This document shows positions 13,450-27,100 of a stretch of 64,000 bases of DNA, piece after piece. A model generated the notes under the pieces. That model saw only the letters and a list, made by a program, of their open reading frames with translations. It made no database searches and was not told the origin of the DNA. This DNA comes from Geosiphon pyriformis uo1. Taxonomy: Eukaryota > Fungi > Glomeromycota. The position numbers and the translations under genes were made by a program. The DNA lies in the NCBI GenBank assembly GCA_016748015.1, contig JAAOMT010000009.1, positions 452,459-516,458 on the forward strand, read 5' to 3'. Numbering within the stretch: position 1 is the stretch's first letter; the number at the start of each line of letters is the position of its first letter.

Positions 13450-15669
13450 ATGAATATCCAAAAATACCAACAACTACAACATTATATAAATACTCAATTG
13501 TTCAAGAAGAAATTATCTCAAAAAGAACAAAGGAACATAAAACAACAATCAAAATATTTTATCAATCATCAAAATGTACTTTACTGAAAGAACAGAAGAA
13601 ATCCAGAGCAACCAACCAGAGTAATTACAGAATCAGAGAAAGAAACAATATTATTCAACATGCACTCAGATCCAACAGCAGGACACTTTTACAAAGAAAC
13701 AAACATGGAAAGAACCAGAAAAAGATATTATTGGCCATTAATGTATCCGGACATCATCCAATACATTCAAAATTGTGATGCTTGTCAGAGAAAAGATAGA
13801 ACAAAACCCAGTAAACTATTAAGACCAATTAAAGTAAGACAACTATTCAATTACATTAGAATTGACTTAGTCGGACCATTAACAATTACCAGTAAAGGCA
13901 ACAGATATATTGTAATAGCTATGGACTATCTCACAAAATGGCCAAAAGCAAAAGCCATTCAAAGAGCAGATGTAGAATCCATTGCCGAATTTGTTTATCA
14001 AGATCTGATCTATTGACACAGATGTCCAAAAGAATTATTATTAGATCAAAGAACTCACTTTGTGAATAAAACATTAACAGAATTAAGCCAAAGATTTAGA
14101 ATAAAAAAACCACTATCATTACCATACCATCCACAAACAAATGTGTTAGTTAAAAGATTCAACAGAACACTGTATGAAGTAATAGCCAAAATTAGCCAAG
14201 AAAACCAGAATGAATGGAATTTGTTTATACCATTAGTATTATTTGTTTATCGAACAATGAAACAAAATATCACACAAGCAACACCATTTGAATTGGTATA
14301 CAGTATTACTCATAGAAATATAGGGAATATATATTAGCATAGTTATTAACCAATCAGAAGTAGACATAGTAAAATGTGGAATTCCAGGATTCCTTTCAGG
14401 AATTGCAGGATTTCAGAAATTACAGGATTCCAGAATTTCAGGATTCTTCTCAAAGGAATTGCAAGATTCTTGTTGTAAAGAATTAAGGAATTAAGGAATC
14501 TCAATTATGTATATATAGCAATAAGATTAGAAGCTAAAAAGACAGACCTCTTAGTTTAGATTTCATCTAAACAACTTTCCAAACCACAAATAAATAACTG
14601 TTTGTTATCTCAAACCTGCTGCCACTATCAATACTTCATGTTAATAGTAATTGATACTTAACTATACTGGAACAATAGCTCTTAATTATGGCTATTGACA
14701 GAATACTAACTTGCAAATTGCCTTGGCTTATTTCTTTTCTTTCTTTATTTTATTTTCTTTTCTTTATTTCTTGCTTTGATTTTATTGTTGTTTACTAACT
14801 CTATTGAGGATTAATATATAGGGTACTAATGTCAGAATAAACCGAACTGGTAAAAGACCCAGAAATAAGAGTAGAACATTCAATTAAGAATAGCTTACTA
14901 GGAGGAATACTGGCCATCAAGCTGAGAAAAAAATTGATAAAACTGCGGTTTTGAGAAGCTATGGATAAAACTATTACTATTGAATTTCTGTTCATTATAC
15001 AAAGAACTCAACCAAACCCTTTGGATACAAACCTTTCAGACACAAACCTTCAGATCACTATCAACTGCAACTAGATTTGAGCACCAAGTTACAGATTTGT
15101 TATTTAATCCAACACCAGAAATAGTTACCTGTAACAACAGTAGAATAGCAACATTACCAGTTGAAATAGAGGTCAATACATATCCAACTAAACCAATAAC
15201 AGAAGATAATTTCCAAAAAACATTGTTGAAAAGAACATATGACTTAATGAAAACACTAGAAAACAGATAACAAAAAGCAGCTAATAACATCCAAAAGTTA
15301 CAAGAAAAGCAAAAAAAATGACATGATAACCAACTACTGAATAAACCAGTTAAATTCAAAATTGGAGACAAAGTACTATTATATTGCACCAAAGTGGAAA
15401 AACAATAGAGTGGAAAATTCAATCCCAAATAGAACAGACCATTTCACATAGAAGAAATTCTAGGAAATAAAGCTTATAAATTAAGATGAGACAACAAAAT
15501 TTTAGCCAAAGCAGCACATAGTGATCGACTGAAACCATATTACCAAATAGCATTATCATTCACCAATAATATTCCACAACTGGAAGTACAAAGAATACTA
15601 GTTCAACCAGATAAGATTCCATGAAATCTGGAATCAATCATAGTTATTGAACCAAACACATCAAATTGA
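13450..15669 (+). pseudogene. Element A integrase ORF, interrupted by a solo LTR
   Basis: Own ATG (MNIQKY); HHCC (H..GH..CDAC), DDE core, GPF-like C-terminus; reading resumes at 15141 after the solo LTR. Confidence 0.9.
14304..15136 (+). mobile_element. Solo LTR of the same Gypsy family inside integrase of A
   Basis: TATTACTCATAG..CCTGTAACA flanked by TSD ACAG (14300-14303/15137-15140); no PBS follows. Confidence 0.93.
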
Positions 15670-15723
15670 ACAACCAAAAAGTATATAAAAACACAGTACA
15701 TGCAACAAAAGCAACCAAAAAAA

Positions 15724-16358
15724 ATGGAAATACCAGATCATATTCACACTATAGCTTAACAATTGTTCTAGGCCTTAAGTTAACAACAGTTAGACATGGA
15801 AATTGTTATTAACAACCAAATAATTTGCTATTGAAACACCCAAAGAAAGACAAAGAATACACTATATCAGTGGCTGCCAAAGAATGATAAAAACTGGACA
15901 AATAATTTAATAAAAAAAGTGAAGAACACTTTTGGGAAAATACCTATAATGGCACCAACAGAAGAGCTTACAAAAAAAAATTAGAAGCAATGAACAGAAT
16001 GACTTCCAATATCATATTGCTACTACCAGTTAGGTCAAAAGTTGAATATTCAGGAATTGTATATCGACAAATCCAAGAGAATATTCAACCAAGACATAAT
16101 ACAACAAATTGAAGAATTTATCAGAAAAAAGACGAATTCAACACTACATGTTAAAACCATGTATTGACTACACAACATATTTTGGAACTATTCCAAAATA
16201 CTGTTACACTCTGACATGGAAACCATAACCATTAACCAATGGGGAAGAATAAACAATACACAAGTAGAAGACTGAAAAACAGAGTCAAACAAACAATACT
16301 TGAAAAAAAAGTATTAGAATTAATTCAAAACAAAGATTTCAACAGAGCTTAATATTAA
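15724..16358 (+). pseudogene. Element A third ORF (orphan, about 210 aa), diverged homologue of B/C ORF3
   Basis: Begins MEIPDHIHTIA.QLF, ends DFNRA.Y*, like ORF3 of B and C. Confidence 0.65.
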
Positions 16359-16372
16359 AAAAGAGGAGATAA

Positions 16373-17228
16373 TGTTACTTATAAAAAAAAACAGATATAG
16401 AAAAATAGTAGACCAATAAAAGAGTAGTAGTTAGCATGTGAGCACATTGCTTAGCAATGTAAAGCAATATCAGAAATCATGACACATTACTCAGCAATGT
16501 CAAGAAAATATGGCACATTGCTTAACAACATGAGCATTGCTTGAGAAATAATAGCACATTGCTCGAAAATGTGAGCAATCTTATAGAACCCAAATTATGT
16601 ATATATAGTGGTAGCATTAAAAGTAAAAAAGACAGACCTCTTAGTTTAGATTTCATCTAAGCAACCTTTCAATTCACAAATATCAATAAATAATTATTCT
16701 TTATCTCAAATCCACTCTCCAGTATCAACACTTCATGTTGATAATAATTAATACTTAACCATACTAGAACAATAGCTCTTGATCACGACTATTGATGAAA
16801 TACTAACTTGCAATTGCTTTTCTTTATTTTCTTTTATTTTCTTCTATTTCTTTGTTTTACTAATTGATTGAGAATTAAGCACTGAGTTATTGATATTAAG
16901 GATAGCTTGGTAAAAGACTCCAAAAGAAAGATATAGGATTTATATATATTAATAGATAGCTTACCAGAAGAGCATCTCTGCCAAATTACCAGCCACCACA
17001 CTGAGAAAGAAATTTGATGGAATTGCAATTTCGGGAGGCTACTGGAAAGACAACAATTGAATTTCTGTTCATTATACAAAGAACTCAACAACAAAACCTT
17101 CAGATAAATCACACTGTCAAATAATAACAATGTACCAATATTACCAATATTATCCACCAGATTAGTTACTGAGCATCAAGTTACAGGTTTGTTATTTAAT
17201 TTGAGACTCCAAATAATCACCTGTAACA
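16373..17228 (+). repeat. 3' LTR of element A, preceded by PPT AAAAAAGAGGAGATAA
   Basis: Direct repeat of 6223-7089. Confidence 0.95.
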
Positions 17229-19190
17229 ATGTCTAGCAGAATTATCAACCTTATAAAAGAACATATGATCTAATATCTCCATATTATCACAATACAAACA
17301 CAACACACTAGGATAATGTTTATTATAAAAGTGCTTCCAAATAACAACAGACAATTGATGATGCAAGGCCTTCATAAAATAAATGCATGTACTAACTGAG
17401 AGTCTGCTGGTAAAACCAACAGTCATGTGCAAATCAGGATGCCACACCAGTGACAAGTGGAGCCAATTGATCTCAGAAAGCAAACTATCTGTCAAAAACT
17501 TGGAACCAAAACCAACCTTCCAGTGTGTATGACAAATGAAATAATAAACATCATGTACAAAATATCTAAAATTGCCAGAAACAACACCACTATCAGCCAC
17601 TATAAAGCATTCATCCAAGCAAGGAAGAAGATGCCAACCAGAAAGAAAAGCAGCACCAACAATCATGTTAGCATGTTTATTCTCTGAGATGTCCAAGTGA
17701 CCCTTTACTTTGTGCCAACTAACCCTTAAATTCTTACTATAAATGACATTAACTATATGTTAACACTCAATCCAACACTAATTGCAAAAGTCAAAATACA
17801 CCAGACCCAATTCCGACTTACAAACATCCAAAGCAGATTGACTATCCAAAAACAAGCAAACAGAGCTAGACAAAGGAACACACTCTAGGGACAATGCAAT
17901 AGCCTGCAATTCTGTTATAGTGGAAGATATTAAACCTGATACACCAATGCTCAAACCCAAATTAATGTCTTTGAAAAAAGCAGCAGTACTAGCTTTACAG
18001 CCAATTGTGCTCAGATTTTTCAGAGACTTATCTGTATATACAAATAAACTACCAAAACCAATCTGAGAAAAATGGTTGCAAACAGACACAAAATCACCAG
18101 AGTTAAGAATGTTCAAAAGAACAATTTCACTTAAAATCAAAGAATAAGCAGAAAAAGAAGTTACACTATTGAAAAATTTTGCAGAAATTTTGAACCACTC
18201 AGGAACAGAGCCATAGAGGTCCAGTCTTTTCTATTGCCTAAAAGTACACCAATCAAAAACAGCAACATGACTATTACAAAGTTGACTCACAAAAACTATA
18301 TCATATCAATGGAGAGAAGAGAAAAACTTGAGAAATCTTGACTTGCCCAAAACAGCAAACATGGGAATCCCACTGTAAAACTAAAAAAACTGGCTAAAAA
18401 GCCACTCAGGGACAAATTGCAATCAAAAAAAACATGAATCATGCCTGTCAGAAAGTTATTAGAAACACTGACACAAATACGAATAGGAGAACTCAATAGA
18501 TGAACAGAGTGCCAACACAAAACTTGCAAGTTATAAGACCTGTGAGAAAACAAGCGACCCAAAACTCCATCAAAGTTTACAAAACTAACAAAAAAAGCAA
18601 TCTTACTTTCAGATTAAACTTATAAGAAAGATTTCAAACCATAAAAAGAAGGGTGATGAATTGTATTGCTAGAAAAATCAAGTAATAAACCAGATTTAAG
18701 CTTCAAACCCTTACAAATCAGAGCATTCTACTTGTTGCATACATCAACAAGAACAAAGCTGAACTGTATCCTATAGCTAACTATAAGATGGAGAACTGCC
18801 AACACTAAATACAAAAACTGTTTATTTAAGACAGTCTTTCTCAAAACCATATTAGTAAAAAAACAAATGTCTAAATGTGTCTTAGCCAAACTAGGCTTCG
18901 AAAGGTCCTTAGTTAAAAGAAAAATGCCCAAATACCAATAAAATTCACTTTTTTTGGCAATAAAGATTGGCAAGCCACTAATAGAAAGAGAAGGATTACT
19001 AATCTTACTATTGATAGGAATGACCACCATCTTGTTATTATTAATTGAAATGTCATTGATCTGAAAAAATTTACCAGCAACATTGAGAATATATTGAGTA
19101 GCACTCTAACTGCTACCAACCCAAATTGTATCATTGACAAATATGCCAGCAGCAAAAAAGAAAGAAAGTCCAGCCTAAGATTCAGTGCAA

Positions 19191-20083
19191 TATTATTCAT
19201 AGAATATAGAAAATATAGTATTATTAGTCAGTAGATATTAGCCAATCAGAGGTAGACGTAATAAATGTGGAATTTCAGAATTCCTCTCAGAGAAATTGCA
19301 GGATTCCAGGAATTTCAGAATTTCCCGACAAGGAATTACAGGATTCCAGAATTGCAGAATTCCTCTTATCAAGAATCGCAGAATTCCAAAAATCTCAGGA
19401 TTCTTGTCGCAAAGAATTGAGGAATTGAAGAATCTCAATTATGTATATATAGCAGTAGGATTAGAATCTGAAAAGACAGATCTCTTAGTTTAGATTTAAT
19501 CTAAGAAACATTCCAGTTCCCAATCATCAAATAAATAATTATTCTATATCTCAACCCACTCTTTACTATCAACACTTTATGTTGATAGTAATTGATACTT
19601 AATCATGCTGGAACAATAGCTCTTGATCACGACTATTGACGAGATACTAACATACCAAATTGCCTTGGCTTATTTTCTCTATTTTCTTTATTTTTTATTT
19701 TCTTTATTTTATTTTATTTTATTTTTTGATTTTGTTGTTGTATACTAATTGATTAAAAGATTAAGCACTGAGTTATTGACATCAAGAATAGCCTGGTAAA
19801 AGACCCAGAATTAAGAGTAGGATTTTATATATTATCAGATAGCTTACCAGAAGGGCATGACTGCCAGACTAAATTCAGCCACCATGCTGAGAAAGAAATT
19901 GGGAAAACTTTTGAAAAAATACATCTATTATTGATACTATTGAATCTCTGTCCATTATACAAAAGACTTCATCAAAAATCTTTAGATATAACCCTTGCAG
20001 AATCTCATCCATGGAAGTAGCTTTTGAACACCAAGTTATGAGTTTGTTATTTAATTCAACAGCAAAAATACTTACCTGTAACA
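19191..20083 (+). repeat. 5' LTR of element B
   Basis: Direct repeat of 36765-37657. Confidence 0.95.
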
Positions 20084-23000
20084 TTTGGTGCTCCCTGTGA
20101 GATATAATCTTACAGAGAACCAGCACCAACAAACACCATCCAAAAGTGGCAGAATCAGAAAATATAGGAGCAAACCATTTAGAATTTGCAAAATCCTTAT
20201 TTCAACACTATTGTCAATACTTGGGATTAAATCACAATCATATATCTGCCGAATCAGCCTTCAATTTCTACGTCAATGAAAAGATTTCTTTTTTATTAGG
20301 AACACTAGTGAATACTGAATCAGCAAGAGAAACTTTCTATAGGGAGTTAATTCAAAACACCAACCTACCAACAAATCATAATTTCACATCCATCATCACT
20401 GAGATCAACAAAGAAATTGAACACCACACTCAACAAAGATATCCAATTACATATGCTAGTAAAGGCAAGAGAAAACTACAAACACCAGCAGTAACACCCA
20501 GAAAAATACAGCCATCTACTTAGAAGAAAAACAGAATTGAATCCCCAAGCAACCTATCCTACCACTATACACTTGGAAGTGTCATCAACATATCATCAAC
20601 AGACATGTTTTCATCAATTATAACATCAATATTTGGACAATTCCTATTCCAAAGTAGACAGAGGAAAACAGAATTATTAGGACCATATGGCGAATACTTT
20701 GAGAGATTTAATTTATAATCATCAATCTCATCAAAACTTTGATCACCACCACCTTCACCAGATTTCAGAATCTCTGATCTGTGGAAAGAAGCAGAATTAG
20801 AAAAAGAGGAAGAAGAATCAGAGGATCAAGAATTCACTTACCAGCACCCGATCACTGAAAACTCGGAAGTTGAAACCCCGAATTTTCAAACTCAGCAAAA
20901 TCTAAATCTAGAAAACCCGGAAATTGAAACTCCGAATCATCAAAGGCAGAACAATCCAAACCCTGAATTAATTAATCAGCAAAACTTACCTCCAGTAATT
21001 GTCATCAATCAACTGCCAATTAATCCTATAGCCAAACCCATACAACAGCCACTTCAACTACCACCCCAACAACCAGTACAACAACAACTGCTTCAACAAC
21101 CACCAAACTTAGATCCAATGGCCTATGCACCAATCGCAAAACTTGACAACTTTACTGGTAAAGAGGATGATGCTCAAGTATGGCTGAATAATATAGAAAA
21201 GGCCATCACAGCCAACAGATGGAATGATGCCCAAGCAATGCAAACCATTCCCTACTTTCTCAAGAATACCGCTGATTCATGATATCAGAGCTTGGTTAAT
21301 AAACCACAAGATTTCAATGCCTTCAAAGTGGAATTCCTAAGATATTTCAGCAACAATAACAGCATTAATCGCCTAGTCAATACATTCACCACCATGAAAC
21401 AAAAAGAAACTGAAGCAGTCACCACTTATTTAGGATGCTTCCATCAAAATCTGCACCAAGTTCAAGCAATTAACGCCAATTATTTTACAGCCCCACAGAT
21501 ACTCAACCAGTTTATCTATGGCCTGCACAGTAACATCTTGTAACATGTATGTCCATTGCATCCAGGCACCTTTCAAGATGCAGTCACACATGCCAGAGAT
21601 TTTGAATCCGCTGAGTCAGAGGCTAACCACACCCAAGCTATTAATCTAGTAATGAATGGATCATCTGAATTGGATTCCAAATTGGAGAAGTTCAGTAAAT
21701 CAATTAATAAGAGATTGGAAGGATACTTAGCTGATAATCACGCCATTTATTAGCCTCCACAACGATGCAATAATCAAGGAAACTCTAATTGTGCCCAAAA
21801 TCAACCACGTCCATCTTCATCAACCAATCAACAGTGGCAATAGGAAACGCGTATCTGCCACTATTGTAGTAAACAAGGACATATCCAAATTGACTGTTGC
21901 TAGCGTTTAAATAACCAACGATCAGGAAATCAATATCGAAACCCCAATTGCTGGTTCCAAACTCTGAATCAGTACTCAAATCAAAACCAACCCACTTACC
22001 TACCAGTGATACAGTCATCAGTCTATCAATCTCTGGTGTATCAAGCTCCAATCTATCAACCGCAGCTACAAATAATTTATCAACAACCACAGCCACAAAT
22101 AATCTATCAATTCCAACAAATCCAAACACCACCCCAAAGCTTACCACCCAACGGAACCCAAAGACCAAAAATAATTCAACAGAGCTGGAGATCGGCGATA
22201 ATAGTCTATCAACTGATCCCCAGTTCTTTACAGCAACCATCTGGATTACGCCAGCGGAGTTCAGGTGCCGGTCAACCCCAAAACCCAAATTCCCAGAACT
22301 ATTTAAGTCTTCTGGTTATCTTAGAAGATGCCTCAACCAATAACCCAGCATTTGCCCAAAGACAACCAATTACCAGTAATATCCCACCTGCTACCATCAC
22401 TGAAGACGAGTCTTTGGCTGCTATATTCCCATTTGAATTCGAGGAAACGACTGCAACACCATTATTTAGTGGAGCTGCTCTTGAAGCCAAACCAATCACC
22501 ATGATGTATACTGATGCCAAAGTTGAGGGACAATCCATCAAATTGATCCTTGATAGCAGTTCAGCAGGCAGCATTATCACACGACAACTCATAGATCAAT
22601 TAAATTGCCGAGTTGATTGAACTGCCAGTGCCAGAATCATCACAGCCGATGGAGCGACCAAAACTCCAATTGGCGAAATCGACGACTTCCCTTTTGAAGT
22701 CAATGGCATCATGACTCTCATTAAAGTTCTCGTAATGGAAGCCAACCAATACCAAGCTCTTGTTGGTAATAACTGGCTATCCAAAGTCAACACGACGTTA
22801 GACTGGAACACCCAGGAACTCCAGCTAACATATCAGGGCTGACATATATGTGTACCAGCCATGTGTGGCCATTTCAAGACTCCTTTAAGAGAGAAACTAT
22901 TGATCGAACTGGAGAAAGAGAAAGAAAAACTTATCTGGGAAGCTTACCAAGTCTTCTGGGCCAACACCAATCACAATGAACTATCACTGATACTTTCATA

Positions 23001-23331
23001 AAATGACAACTTTAAGAGAAAACAAAAGGAGGAACTGACCTGGGAAACAGATGATTTGACCTGAACTGATAACGAACAAGAAGAACCATCGAGTTGGGAG
23101 TGGAAAGAAGAAAAAGGCAAAGGGAAAAAAAGGGAGGAAGAAAACACTCAAGCCAACAACACTTATATCCCATACACCTATGGTCAACAACAATCATTGA
23201 CCTATTGCTGACCCAAACTGATATGCATTGATTGTGACAAGAAATTGTCGTCAATGGGTGCATGCTGTGGTGACGATGAAGAATATCAGACGGCAACCAA
23301 GTTCTATTACCACGCATGTCATGTCAAATGT

Positions 23332-24092
23332 TGTTACTCATAGAAATATAGAAAATATATTAGCATAATTATTAGCCAATTAGAAGTAAATGTAGTAAAT
23401 GTGGAATTCCAGGATTCCTCTCAGGAATTACAGGATTCCAGGAATTTCAGGATTCCCTGACAAGGAATTACAGGATTTCAGAATTTCAGGATTCCTCTCA
23501 AAGGAATTGCAGGATTCCAGAATTAATACCACAGAATCCTTAGCCTAGAAACAAAAATCATCAAATAAATAATTATTCCATATCTCAATCCACTCTCTAC
23601 TATCAACACTTCATGTTGATAATAAGTAATACTTAACCACACTAGAACAATAGCTCTTGATCACAGCTATTGACGGGATACTAATCTGCAAATCGCCTTG
23701 GCTTATTTCTTTTCTTTCTTTATTTTTCTCTTATTTTTCTTTATTTTATTTTGATTTATTATTGTGCACTAACCCATTGATTGAAAAGCGCTGATTACTG
23801 ATATCAAGAATTGCCTGGTAAAAGACCTCTGCGAGAGGGTAGAACATGTACAGAAGATACGGATTACTTACCAGAGAATTGCCGGCCACCAAGCCGAGAA
23901 AAAAATTGACAGACTTGCGAATCTGAGAAGCTATGAATAAAACAACTATTGAATCTCTGTCCATTATACAAAGAACTCCATCAAAATCTTCAGATACAAT
24001 GCTTGCAAAACCTCATCAACAGAAGTAGCTTTATGAGCACCAAGTTATGGATTTGTTATTTACTTCAACAGCAGAAATAATCTCCTGTAACA
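23332..24092 (+). repeat. 5' LTR of element C (about 90-bp deletion removes TATA box)
   Basis: Aligns with 30782-31632 except the block containing TATGTATATATAG. Confidence 0.92.
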
Positions 24093-24151
24093 TTTGGTGC
24101 TCCCTGTGAGGTATAATTCTACAGAGAACCAGCACCAACCCAAATCTAAAT

Positions 24152-27100
24152 GTGGCAGAATTAGAAAATATAGGAGCAAACCATTTAGAATTCGTGAAAT
24201 CCTTGTTTCAACAATACAGCCAACAATTAGGATTAAACAGTAATTATTACCCAGCCGAATCAGCCTTCAACTTTTATGTCAACGACAGAATTACTGAATG
24301 CTTAGGAGGAACAGTTAACATTGAAGCAGCAAGAGAAAACTTTTACACAGAATTATTCCAACATACCAACTTACCAAGAAACTATAGTTTTGCACCAATA
24401 ATCAAAGAAATCAACCAGACTATTGAAAGATACACTCAATAACAATTTCCCATTACCTATGCAGACAAAGGTAAAGGAAGAATACAAACACCAGCAGCAA
24501 CACCAAAAGGAATACAGTTATCTAGTTGGAAGAAACACAGAGTAGAATCACCAACCGCTCTATCATATCACTACACACCTGGAAGCACCATCAACATCTC
24601 ATCAGTAGACGCATCCACCTCAAACGCAATATTAACAGTTGGAAGATTCCAGTTCCAAAGCAAACAATGGAAAGAAAATTTACTAGGGCCATACGGAGTG
24701 TATTTTGAAGGATTTAAATCACAATTACCAACTCCATCAGGAATTCGATCACTGCCGCTTCAACCGGACTTTGGAATCGCTACCCCATAAGAACTATTTA
24801 AAGAAAAAGAGGAAGAAGCATTAGAAGATCAAAAATTTACTTACCAAAACTCCAATTGGCAAAATTGATGACTTCTCTTTCGAAGTCAATGGTATTGTGA
24901 CTCCCATTAAAGTTCTAGTGATGGAAGCCACTCAATACCAAGCTCTCGTTGGTAATGACTGGCTATTCAAAGTTAACATAACGTTAGACTGGAACACCCA
25001 AGAACTCCAGCTAACATATCAGGGCCAACACATACGTGTACTAGCCACATGTGACCATTTCAAGACTCCTCCAAGAGAGAAACTATTGATTGAACTAGAG
25101 AAAGAGAAAGAGAAACCTACCTGGGAAGCATACCAAGTCTCGTGGGCCAACACTGACCACAATGAGCTGCCGCCAATACTCGCCTGAGACGACAATAACA
25201 ACGGAAAAGAGGAGCAAAGAAAAGAACCTACCTGTAAAACCACTATCGACGTTGGGACCAACAACAAAGACCACTACGAACTACCACCAGTATTATCATG
25301 AGATGACAACCCCAAAGGAAAGCAAAAAGAGAAACTTACCTGGGAAACCAATGATTTGACTTGGACTGATAATGAACAAAAAGAAGCCTCAAGTCAGGAA
25401 TGGAACGAAGATAAGGAAAAAGGAAAAGAAAAAGAAGAAAAAACGCCACCAATGATCAACAGTTATAATTCCTACACCCACCACACTCCACAACAATCCA
25501 ATTATCAACGGCCAAGGCTGGTATGCGTTGATTGCAGCAAAAAACTGTCATTAATGGGTGCATGCTGTGGTGACAATGAGAAATACCACACCGCAACAAA
25601 GTTTTACTGTTGTCCATGCTTACTCGAATGCTTTGGATGACAAAAGAGGCAAAAAAAATGGGATAACCAACTTTATTTCGCTTGTGGGGAGACCCTACTA
25701 GATAAAAGGATGTGAAACAACATCCCAGGATGTGGAGGAACATGTGACGTATCATGTCAATACACAATTTTAATAAGCGACTAGGTAAGGAAAGGAACTC
25801 CAATAGAAGCAGCCTAAAGAAGAGCCATGCAGTGACTGGACAGTTGTTCACATGACAACGACAAATTGTGGAGAATGGCAATTGCCAAAATAGAAGGAGT
25901 GACATCTGAAGAGATCAGAGAAATCAAAAACAACCCACCAGAACCCACTGAGCTTGACTGAAATGCAGAGCCAGCCATAAATTCTCTGGAACTCGAAGAG
26001 TTCCATGAACACTACCAAAACTTGACACCCACTAGAGAAGAGCAAGAACAATGGCTAGCACAGTTGAATACAAGACTGTGTCGCCATTGTTTAATTCACA
26101 GTGACTTTGAATATTGTGACAATTGTGACCTCCTTTACAATCCACTATCACGCATGATCTACTCGATTCCTGAAGAAGAAGAACCAATCAGCAGCTGTGC
26201 ATCGGAATTAGAATGCTGATCAATCGTAATCCAGACTCTGACGATAACAACAAAAACATCGGTTTTAGTTTCGTTTAAAATGGCAATGACAACAAAAACG
26301 ATTCCAACTCAGATTCAAACTCCAATTTAAACCATGAACAATACATTACACTACCAGATCTCTCCAAGGAACAAGAGTTGAAATGGTATAGTGACAATGG
26401 AGAGAGTATTATGCCAGAACATGTGCATAATACGGATGCAGGGTTTAATCTGAGATATTCAGGAAAAAATGCCATCAAATTGGAACTGCATTCATGCACC
26501 TGTATTGATCTGAAAATAGCACTAGAAATTCCGGCAACAACAATGGTTCAATTAACATCTAAGAGTAGTTTAGTGAAAAAAGGGATCAATATAAGAGGAG
26601 GAATAATTGACACAGGATATGTAGGAAATATCATCACTATGCTACAAAATAACTCAGAAAAGGCCTACATAATAGAGCCCCAATAAAAAGATAGCACAGG
26701 CAATATTCCTGTCTCTGGTTAGAATAGCTTAATTAGTATTAGTGGAAAACAGGGAAGAGTTAAGGATTATGGCTAAAAGAATACAAAGATTTGGATCAAC
26801 AAATAGAATAGATATACCAGTTAATATAACAGAGGAAGAAATTGTTGGCCAAAGAGAAATTATCTCAACCAGTCAAGTTATTTCCATTCCACCATATAGC
26901 CAGTATATGCTAACAATAGAAAGAAAAAAAAAGGAGCAAGGACAAATTTTTGAAGCTGAAGCAAACCTTTATGAATCAGGAGAGATTGGATTGATCAATC
27001 TCCACATACCAGCCAAAAGCTATAACAGCATAAAAATTCCCATCTACAACAACACTAGTAATGTCATTAACATACCAAAAAGAACCACCATCAGATATGT

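Larger units (their letters stand above)
6223..17228 (+). mobile_element. Ty3/Gypsy LTR retrotransposon A (dUTPase-bearing), full length, decayed
   Basis: Paired LTRs TGTTAC..TAACA, 4-bp TSD ATGT (6219-6222/17229-17232), PBS, PPT, domain order gag-PR-dUT-RT-RH-IN. Confidence 0.95.

Noticed and set aside
19855-19900. CAGACTAAAT resembling a group I intron P7 strand; CCGGCCACCAAGCCG resembling twister ribozyme P4
   Set aside because: Partner strands and pseudoknot pairs not found; motif not conserved between subfamilies
21785-22343. Overlapping ORFs 21948-22343 (+) and 21785-22288 (-)
   Set aside because: Alternative frames of the low-complexity Gln/Pro gag region; likewise most short antisense ORFs in the repeats
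23805-23935. LTR frame reading VKDLCERVEHVQKIRITY.RIAGHQAEK.IDRLA, resembling an RNase H C-terminus
   Set aside because: Frame and residues are not kept in A, B or solo LTRs; the conserved nucleotides are better explained by RNA stems
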